The notes beneath the pieces are model-generated. The model had not been told where the DNA came from. It saw only the letters and a program-made list of their open reading frames with translations, and made no database searches. A stretch of DNA of 64,000 nucleotides, taken from contig NC_134025.1 in assembly GCF_964204645.1 (NCBI RefSeq), positions 5,332,001-5,396,000 of the forward strand, given 5' to 3'. Each line of letters begins with the position of its first letter. The stretch's first letter is position 1. The position numbers were made by a program, and so were the translations under genes. Source of the DNA: Tubulanus polymorphus. Lineage: Eukaryota > Animalia > Nemertea. Shown here piece after piece: positions 53,471 through 64,000 of the stretch.

Positions 53471-56400
53471 ACTTGGGCCCTAAACTGGTATACATGGCAA
53501 ATTCATCTAAGACATATATTGGATGCACTGGTGGTGAGGAACAAACTCGGCAAAATAAAACCCCAGTGAAAGGCGTTACGTATATACGTATCTAGCTATA
53601 TAGCACGGCGGAATCCCGGCAGAAAGAATGACGCAGATAATTAATGCTATAATTGCATCTGCATTAATGACTATTCGCTGTGTGTTTCGAGATGCGCCGA
53701 ACGACCCAAAATACATCACGATCGCATGCATCATTCCGTAAAACGACTGAACATTCTGATGAAGACCGATGCCGTGCTTGAAACTGAAGGTTTACGATTT
53801 CGGATTATGATTCCGAACGCTGTACAATCAAAATCGTAAGACAAATAGTTGAAAAATTTGAAATTGATTTGATTCTATTGCGGTACTCTCCCCCAGTCTC
53901 TTGCTGCCACTATGATTTTCACGAGGGGAATCCAAGTACGGCGAAGCGCGAACGCTGATTTACATGCGCCGCACATAGCGGTCATCAACAAGTGTAACGG
54001 TAATACAATAAGATGGATCAGTCCGATTTATCAGAGAGCTGTAAATAAGATTTACAACGGCTTTATAGCGTTCATTATAGGCATCTTCGTGCCGGGATCG
54101 GGAATTCATCTTGGCTCTGAAACCACACAATCGGCATCAAGATACAATTCTGCACGGAAGTTTTGAATCACGATTATTCCGTGAACATCATTTGAGTGAA
54201 ATGAAACAGCCTTTAGGCGAATGAAGCGAATTGCTATTCTAACTGACAATTCTGATATATACAAGTGCATCTACGACGCAATACATAAAGCTTCGACGAC
54301 ATCGCGACAACGCGACCTTTCAACCTATGCATCAGAATATGAATTATCGTCCTCGTGAATGAATCCAATCAAATGAGTTATAAATTGAAACGGGTTCAGT
54401 CTGTAATCTCTTCTGGTTATGGAAGATTATGCCTGCCATCATTTCATTCGAATGTTGAGATCAATACGATCTTGCTGGAGACGAATGACAGCTGTGTCCC
54501 TTCTGTATTCTATTATTCTTCTCCGTTGCTCAGCAATATTACGCCGAGACTAGCTGAGGCACATTGTCAGTCGAAAAAAAATCCCTTCTCTTGTTCGTTT
54601 TGTCTGACAGCACCACATCGCTTCGGTCGTTTCCGGTTCGACGATTAGCGTCGAAATCGGGGAAGAATTCACGAAATGATGTACCGTATCTCATGATAAA
54701 ATCTCTGACCAGCCAAAATGCATCAATTCGCAAGTCAGGTGATTTGTGTGCGAAGTGCAAAAGATGATAACAAATAAATTGATATGGAAAAACAAATGGT
54801 TGTGGAGTACCGATAATCTCAGAAACAAGTTACCAACAATCTTTTAGCGTCGAATTAAAACGACCAGTGAAATTCTGCCATATGCATGATCTTGATAAAA
54901 ACGGATATCGTTATATCGAAAATCAAAGATTTTACCCGAAACAAGTGGCGATTTTATAATCTCACTTCTTCATAAACGATTGCACGTAAGAATTGCGCAT
55001 CATGGAATGTTAGATTATCGCAAATTGAGGGTATACCCAGGGGCAAATCTGTACAGCATAACGAGAAACCATTGGACATACATGTCGCATAATTCTTGCC
55101 GAGTAACTGGAGTGCCTCGAGAGCATCGAACGCCTCAAGTGAATGAAACTTCTCCACTTTCATTTATACGTACAGCTTTAAGTTATACACAATTAAGAAA
55201 TCGAATTCGCACGACTCATGAAGTGACGTCCCAAAGTACAAAATTCCCTTGAGTTATCAATATTCACCACACTTCATATGTGTTTACTGTCAAGAAGCCT
55301 TGGCTCATCTCAAATATTTTAGATTCTTTTGCGAAATCCTATATTTCCTACACAGATGTGTACAGGCAGCAGCATTTGTATGTATCGTGTATGAGAAAAA
55401 TTATGAATATCTCAGATTCTTTATTGGTCGCCCTTATGTTGCTATGACATTCTAACTATAGCATGTGCGAAGCTCGGTCGATTTTCATTGAAAATAAAAC
55501 CTACTTGTAGAACATTTTCTTTTTTTCTCAAAACAACGACAACATATGGCTCCAATACAAAAGTCCCGCAACTTCACCCAGTACCTCATACAATACACAT
55601 ACTATATTGCGGGGCAAAAAATCGAAAATATCAATCATATGACAGAAAGGCGTGATGTGGAATGAACAGTCCAAATGACTTTTTCATTTCATATTCGTAC
55701 GCTACAAAGCGACAACTGCCTTTTATTTCTCAAACAGCATATACCGTAAAATAGAAATAAATACGAAATATTCAGAATGAAGTCTGTCTAGTTTATTCCG
55801 GTTTTTATCACAATTACAGTACAAATCTAGAAACAAACAAATTACGAGAGAGAAATGTTCATACTTTCAAATCTTAGCCCTAATGATGGGCAGGTCGGCA
55901 AGCATATCAATAGTGACAACTATAACGAGGAATGAATGCCACCTGATGTCGAATTCGTAAAAATGAAATTTTCAACTTTATACACCACGGTAGGTACGTT
56001 CGCGATATATGTTCATCTCTAAATCCAAGAAACATAACAATTAAGTTCAGACAAGTAAACACAGCGAGTAATGTGTTCCAAGATAACCGAGTAGCTGTTT
56101 TCGATTCTAGTCAGACCAGTTAAAGATAAAGTATATAACTTATTCACTTTCCACTACACAGGCATATGTTCTGTTGGAATGCATGCATATGCAGGTGGCA
56201 TTACCTATGTCGAAGAAGGTAAAAAACAAAATATACAACGAAAGTGACATAAACAAAGAAAATGACGAAAAACAAAAGGAATAAAAAATTCTCCATAGAA
56301 ATCTTTCCGCGAGAAATAAACTGATATATCCTCGTACTGTATATAAAAAAAAAGTAAAAAAGGGAAAAGTAATTTACTGAAAATAGATTAGTCGGTAGTT

Positions 56401-59400
56401 TGGGAGTGCCTCAATATCAATTAGGTGTAAGGTTATCTTAAAAATAGTATGTTGTATATATATTGCTATATTTCTACATGAGAAAGATAAATACCATCAG
56501 TAATTCGCGATGAATTTATGTGTCACTCTCATATAAATATTAATGGTAATATTGCTATTGATTACCACTCTGATCCGAAGACATTAAACATAGACGGCAT
56601 GCAGGTAATGATATCTTCCCGGTGACACCTGACGTGTGGACAAAGACCGCGTTTATATAGATTTTCCCGTTGATGGCAAGCCATCATCTCCCAGTACCCA
56701 GTGGAGTCAGCTGCAGGGAGAGCGAACTGCCTTTAATCAGCAACATGATGGGGTTTGCATTGCGTATCGGCTCAGGGAGAGCAGGTGCATTATCAGTCAT
56801 AGATACAAGCTTAGGTGAATCATTTAGCCAATTGAGGAAAGACACTCCTGTCCATTTGAATTCGTTTTTTCTAATTCGTCTATGTCTTATCCTAATCGAT
56901 GGTTCTGTTGTGCAATCGTTACTTTTGAGTTCCATAGCTTGAATGCGGTTTACATCACCATGAAAAATAATCATGTTGAATCGAATGTCCCGACTTCGGT
57001 TTTCAGGATGAAATGCTAACGTTATGAATAGCTCGTGTAAGGACATACCGGCTTCATCATCAGTCTGCCGTATTGAATTTCTTTTGCAAACTATAAAGAA
57101 AATTTGTATCCATGGTGACGGGACGCAGCTTTGTCACGAATTTCTTTTCTTCCGTCAGAAAACTTATGTTTAATCTACCACGGTCGAATGAAAGCTCAGC
57201 GATTCGCATCGTCGACAATTTGTCTGTGGTTATTTGAAATAATATCGTTCATCTTAAAGAGTTTCCCATACGGATGTCAGGACACCGCACGGTTTCTTTG
57301 AATCCTAGGATTGAAAGTAGAAATTTCAGAACTAAGATAAAAAGCTCAATCATTTCGTTAACACACGATACCATCATAGAGACACTGAGCGCCGTTTTTT
57401 TCATAGTTCTCCTCGAGCTGACAGTTGGAAATCTGAACCGGTCGCAAATGATTTTTCTTCTCTTGAGAAGCTGTGGCATTTACCAGAATCTTCGCGACGC
57501 ACGAAAGTCACCGTTCGATCACAGAATCGTAGCTATATATGGAGAGAAACTAATTTGTCGGCGATGAGCAAATCCATTTATGTTTCAAACTGGATTGCAT
57601 CGGCCCTGTCATACAGTTGTATATACGTACATCGATACATCGAAATAACGTCGTCGCCGGATTCATCCGTAATGTTTTCCATCAGTAGCCACCGATATCG
57701 CAAATTTGATCATTGATTGTGCGGAAAGATGAGACGGCAAACGAAAATTTGGATTGGCATTTCCTTCATGTATAAATAGAAATATTAAATCAGATAATTC
57801 GATGAGCGTGGAAGAAGGCGTTGGCTTGGAAAATACAATGTTTTTCTCTAATAAGCTTTTATATATATCCAAAGATATACAGGCCTACTAATATATATAT
57901 GTATACTAGCTTATAATAGTATTAGTTCAATTGTAAATATATTCATATTTGATATAACTATATAAAATTAAATCACATAGTGTAACGGCATGTGGTACAC
58001 GATAAGCTTGCACAGACTTCAACACACATTTTAATACATGTATATATACAAATATAACAAAGCATTTGGAAGCATAATATGATAAACAGTTGTATGTCAA
58101 TAGTTATTAGACGTATATATTAATGTTGATGGGCTCTTTATCTTTGTACCAAGTTCAATGTAATGTATTTCATATGGAGCCCGTAACTTAAAGCTTTTCA
58201 CGTACGTGTAAACTAAGAAATAGTATATGAAATCAAAGATAACAAAAAACTTCAGTTCGCGAAAAGTCTTTCGAAATTTATAATTAATCTGCACGGTGGA
58301 GTATCATGTTCGATTTAATCAGCGCCAATGGGCTGAAAGATCCCGAGGTATACAGAACATACATCTTTATTTACAGTGAAAACATGGCAAGTTAGAGAGC
58401 AAGGTGTGGGATTCAATGAAGAGTAACGATGAACAGATCAGGTGGTTACTTAACCACCTAGTTAAAGATCTTCATTTCCAATCTCAAGTAATTTAGAAGT
58501 TCCAGGCCCGCTAACTTTGCGCAGTTTTTAAGTTAAATAATCATTGTACTGATTTATGACTTTTAGCAGGATATTGCAGCGACTTTTACCCCAGATGATT
58601 TGTGTATTCCATCGTTGAATTTTAAACAGTAAATTATACGTAACCATAATTTCTAGAGAAACATTCAGTTTCATCAGTTATTGTCCAATAGAGTCTCTTA
58701 AACCGGATAAGGATGAAATAAAATCATGAATCTAAATGCAACTTGCGTCGGTTTTATGGCGAGATTTGTCAATCGTGATATGGCGAGCCTTTAACGACGC
58801 AATTTAATATTTGATAGTGCAGTAAACGTTCCTGTGGATAGTTTTATGTTAAATTGATACCTAAAACCGTTAATACTTGCTGCACTCAAACCATATGTGT
58901 ATGTATTAAATAGATGCATATGATCCCGTTTTAATATGCCTTCGTCATAGTAACGATATGGCTTCATGGCTAGAACTGTATTAGTCAAAAGTTACAAATT
59001 CCTCCATTCATCAATTTTTCAAATATAAATTCAAAACACAGCATCTGCTATCTAGACATTTATGGGATTTTCGCCCACCTTCTCGGTATGAGATATCAAA
59101 ATTCTTATGGCTTTACGGAGATGCGATAAGATGGTTCATTCGAGAAGATAATCTCGCCAGTTTATTTGGTTTTTACCTTCGTTGTTGAGTAAAAAGACGG
59201 TAAAAATCATCTATTCAGGCCTTCGCGATGGTCGCCGTAGGAAGCTAATCTATATTCATGAAAGAATGTCTCAAACATTTCCAAGGATATACACTACTCG
59301 AATAGAGAAGATCGCTGTAGTTGTTAGTTATCTAGAATTGTTTTAAGTTATAAAATTCATTTAAGCCGTGAAATGTAGTAAGCGTTTCCACGATCATGGA

Positions 59401-62400
59401 ACCGTCATTATCAGCTTAAGTACTACAGATAAGGCTCGAAGCACACAATAAAACCTTTTCTCTATCAGCCATAATATTTCACGGTTTGCTGAGAAAGGTA
59501 TGTAGGGAAGATTCGTAGTCCGAACGTCGAAGAACACGAAGCTTCTGAAATTCATCGAGTAATCTCAAGGATCTCGGGATTTACACGAGCACGATTAGTT
59601 CACCCAAGTAACTATATCTCTTGGTTGGATTTTTGTAAGAACGCATTCGCGAAAAAGAAAACGAATGAAATGTTAGGAACTTTATCACATCTAGTACATA
59701 ATATAACATCTCTAATTGCTAAAACGAACGTGTTTCTATCGGGTCTATCGTTCCCGATATCATGTACGTTTGATGTTATATAAACTCAACGCATGTGATC
59801 ATTCGATCGTCTATGATCTGGAGAACGCATTAGGTTTTAGCCCTAATTACACGCTTGTTGACATTCGAGTCCAGGTGACGGATCGTGATATCGACGGTAG
59901 CGAGGTATCAGGCTCTTCGTCGGAGCGAAAAATCTAATCAAAAATGGTCAAGCGAATCCAGTAGAAGTCGTGTTTGTCGCTGACGGCTGCTGTGCGCCGG
60001 GTGCTAATTGGGAAAGCACATGATTTATTCACAGTTAAAAGAATCAATCGGAAATTGTTGAAATTCAATAAAAGATATAAAAAACTAGCCTTCAGAGTTA
60101 TTTAGAAAATATCTCCAGGGTACTGAGAAAACGTGAGAGAAAATTTAGATACAAAGAATATTTTTGATTTTGCTATTTTACGGTTCTGTGTATTTCGTCA
60201 ACAGCTAAATACAGATATGGATTCCAAGCTTCAGCATTGGAAAAATATTCCCAAGTTTAGTTTTGGAGTAATTTGAATAATGAAGTATATAAGCCATGGT
60301 GAAGACACAAAATCCGACCCGAACGACCAACTTAGTATGACCTCAAGAAAATAATCTGGAAATCAATGGATGCTTTCGACACGAGAAAATACATTTCCAA
60401 GACAAGACGCTACAGATATAACTTCACAGCAAAATGCTATATATTTCTGATGCTGCAATAGGAAAAGCACGTGCATATTATATAAGCCACTTCATTATCT
60501 GAGAATTTGCTACCGTAAAACTCGCTGGCGAGCGTAACACGTTATCGCAGTAGACAGAATCCCAGGTGATTTAGCCAACTCTCTTCACATCAAACCACGT
60601 AACAAACGAGAGCGAGGGAAATAGAGATAGTGACTGTAAAAACCATTCGGATTTAATTCCCGTTCATCAAAAGAGAAAACACCTTTCATTCCAAAAACAT
60701 CGAACGATTTGAACGAAGCCAAAGGCTATAAAGCTTAACGGTTCGTTTTTGGCTTAAAATGTAGGCTAATAATTGTACTTGTTAGTTATTTTGAGTTTAA
60801 TATCTGCGTTACTTGTAAAACAAAAAAGTTGAATGTAAATCATTTTTCAATAGTGTTACTTCCTGAGCATCGCAAAATTATTTTAGATAATCTATTTACT
60901 GGAAAAAAAACTGTTTATAGAAAAAGAAGAGCTGACAGCTCAGTATCTAAAAGACCGACGCTGGTGAAAATCTCTTTTTTTACGGTAAACACATTAAAGG
61001 CGGATGCGGAAATTTACCGAGTTGTTAGCATCAGCGCTGGGGCACCTCGATTTATCAACAGTTTAAACAAATGTTGAGTTTCAAGATAACTTATAAACCC
61101 GACAGAGAAATTCTACTTGTGCAATCAATTTTACAATGAGAATCATCCACTGGTGTCCAAAAGACAGACGCTTGAATCGCCGTCCTAGTTACGAATCATA
61201 TTGATACCTGCACAACCTAAATTCTTTTTGCGAAAAATCTTTGAAAGAGAAGAAGTACGTATTGGCCAATACTTTTGAGAATGTTGTAAATAATGTTTAT
61301 AGTATCAAAGAATGTAAAATATTCATAAAGTATGCGGTCTATGTAAAATATTGCAGATGTATTATTTCTTACCTATTGTGTTCATTACATATCACATGAG
61401 AATCTATCCATAGAAATAACCACCTTAAAAAACGTCATTGCGTCTTGTATATACATATATGTTTTTTGTTTCAATCCGTATTGCACATAGCATCTTCCTC
61501 TATTTCTTCAGCAATACAGAACGTGAGCAAGCTGTTGAGGAAGGTATGTTGAAGAGAGATAACATATTTAAGTCATGTGATAACCTCCTGTTGGGATTGA
61601 ATAGAAACAGGTAGACTCAGACAGGATTACCCACAAAACGGGTGGAGAGAACTTACGCTCACAAACCAAACATATGGCCGTATGCGTTAAGGGTAGATAA
61701 ATAAATATCCCGGGTCCAGACCGAAGTGAAAAATTGAAGATCTTATTGTTCAAAGACTGACGTTGATAAAGTTTAAGCTTAAGAGGAAAGTTTTTATAAC
61801 GTCGGATAATCTTATTTCCCCATGGGTATCAATTAGTATAACGATAAGTGAAATCCCGTTAGGCCAATGCGAGCTAAATCAGTCCGAGATTACGTTTCTT
61901 CCCGTGATGAGCACCAAATTAGAATAAAACCTTTTCACTAAAAGGTGAGTATAAATTTCTCTTGATTGGACATATGGTGAACACACGAAGTTACAAGTCT
62001 ATATTTTATGCGGGGAAATGACCTGCAAAAGAGTTAGACAAACATGGCTTGAACAGCGATGAAATATGCTATCCAGTAACCTTTTTAACCCTGTAAGTGG
62101 TTCGTCTAATAGTAAAGAGAATCTGTCATATAGTGTTGGAGCAACATTACTGAAATTGCGTAGTCAGGCGGTGACCCCGTCATCACCAGCCTCCAAAGAC
62201 AGATCGAAGAGCCACTTGCTTATGAAAAGATGATAGATGTCAACAACGCGATAATGAAGGAAAGTTAACTCCATTATCATACAGCAAATATGATTTAAAA
62301 AATCTTGAAAGGAACATGAAACATCAGGCCTTATGCCGACGCATGAATTCTATCAAATAGGAGAAGTTTATGTACTGACTAACACCTCGCCGATGATCAA

Positions 62401-64000
62401 TCCATGGGGGTTATTCGCCGAGTATACGCATGCGTAATATGGGCCGTCAAATGGCAGTCACCCATTTGGTGCTCCAGACGGTACAAATATGACACGCCGT
62501 GACGTCACGCGAATAGCTAGGACTGAATTTAACGTGATTGTACAGGGTGGGCTGGTAGTATAGAATAATTGCCACTTGTTCGAACAAGACTAGTGACAGT
62601 GATAGAAAATAGTTTAGACGCGGGTGTCCGCAGATGAATAGTGATTGATGATTACATAGAGAATTGGGACATGATTAGCTTGTATCTCATTAAGATAGGC
62701 CTATCATTAAGATCGCGCTTTATGGCCGATTACCCCCGCAGATTCTTCAGTCGGGCCATTTATTTGAAAACTGTGCAGCACCAACAACCGCGTGGCCAAC
62801 CAATAAATACATCCGATGTATCGCATCGAAGTCCCGAGGCAGTGCGAGATTGGAAGAAGACTGTTTGATTATTAGTAGTTTCTTAAGTCGTCGGTAGCGT
62901 TTGGGGGTCGTATTTTTACCGGCCCACACACATGATAGCAAACAATGCGGTTTCTGAGGGCAATATCGAAGCTAAGTGGCTTCACTTGTCTATGATGGAG
63001 AATACAGACCAATAATAAACAAAATACATGGACGAAGAGGCCTATAATTTAGCGCATTGGACATGCGAAGTAACATCTTCCTTGTCGAAAACCTAATTTT
63101 GTATAATCTTGATAACAATTTAAAACGTGTTAAAAGTGTTTACAAAAAAATTTGTTTTTGATAAAGAACATGATAAAAACAGAAACGTAATACTGTAAGC
63201 CTACGTTACATTTTGTTGTACACCAAATGGTCAAATAGAACTAAACATTTACGTAAGATCTGTTATATCAATTGATATATACTCTAATTTGTTAGTCTTA
63301 GAATTGTGATACAAACCTTGATCTGAATTGAATATTTTCGAAAATCCAGTTAGAATCCATAGACAAATATTTAAACGGTGATATATTCCATTTCGAATAC
63401 GCTGTATATATGTAAATGCACGCAGATGACTCAAGTATAAAATTTCAGTAAAACTTTCCGTACTGGGTAACGATCTGTGTCGACAAGTGTTGCACGCTAT
63501 ATGATTTATTAAACGAAGCGTGAAGAAAGCAGTACCAAATCAAATGACCGACGTTTCAACAGTGCGCGCATTGATAAAAGGACAGGGGGGTCATCTGTAT
63601 TGTAATTTTTATGGACTAGTTGGTCGCGAGCAATAGCGACCCTCGCTGGAAATCTGTACAACAAAAATGACAATAGCAAAATGCACAGTTGCTACTGATA
63701 GCTGGCCAATTCGTAATCATTACATCGTCAGCGCAGCTCGTCGACTCGACAACGAACTTAAAACTGAATAGCATTCCACGTACTTCAGATTTTGAAAAAA
63801 TCGCGTTTAATCAAAAGCTAATGTGGGGTTGTGTCTATTTATCTTCGCATGAATACATCTATGAGATGCTTTGAGTCAAGCGATTTCAGTCAATATGTCT
63901 CGTGTTTTTGCCCAACTTAATCCGATGCGAAAATAGCGCGTCGAAGAAAACGTTTGAAAAGAAGTTCCCGCGAAAATAATACGAATGCGCTCCTATTTCT

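Noticed and set aside
53144-53483. ORFs across the CAT-rich tract (Met/Val-rich on minus, His- or Ile/Ser-rich on plus)
   Set aside because: Open frames arise from a degenerate trinucleotide repeat. No splice context or homology.
53755-53785. CTGATGA...GAAAC hammerhead-like spacing
   Set aside because: Stem II is poor and there is no proper stem III or cleavage triplet.
54355-63874. Numerous 60-120 aa ORFs in the track
   Set aside because: No recognisable domains, many start at non-ATG codons, and there are no consistent splice chains. Expected by chance.

Overview
AT-rich, intron-containing animal DNA, probably from a marine invertebrate with a compact genome (introns mostly 60-300 nt, GT-AG). 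The species cannot be fixed from the sequence. Positions 1-34 kb hold six tightly packed conserved genes: ALKBH3 (+), CCDC81 (+), an LRRK1-like ROCO kinase (-), BORCS5 (+), taxilin (-) and RABL3 (+). Positions 35-52 kb hold a receptor cluster: an MS4A/CD20-like four-TM gene (-), an ionotropic glutamate receptor-like gene that lacks the whole amino-terminal domain and has a rewritten pore and gate (+), and a full-length kainate-type receptor (-). About 12 kb of apparently non-coding sequence follows. The strongest leads are (1) the ATD-less iGluR, which shares intron positions with its neighbour, (2) a likely UGA-CGG stop-codon readthrough adding 47 residues ending in a PDZ-like motif to the kainate receptor, and (3) a Penelope-like insertion carrying a hammerhead ribozyme in sense orientation in a kainate-receptor intron. 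Several MITEs and cassette or micro-exons are also visible. Exon boundaries were read by eye and gene names come from recalled family sequences, not from database searches.
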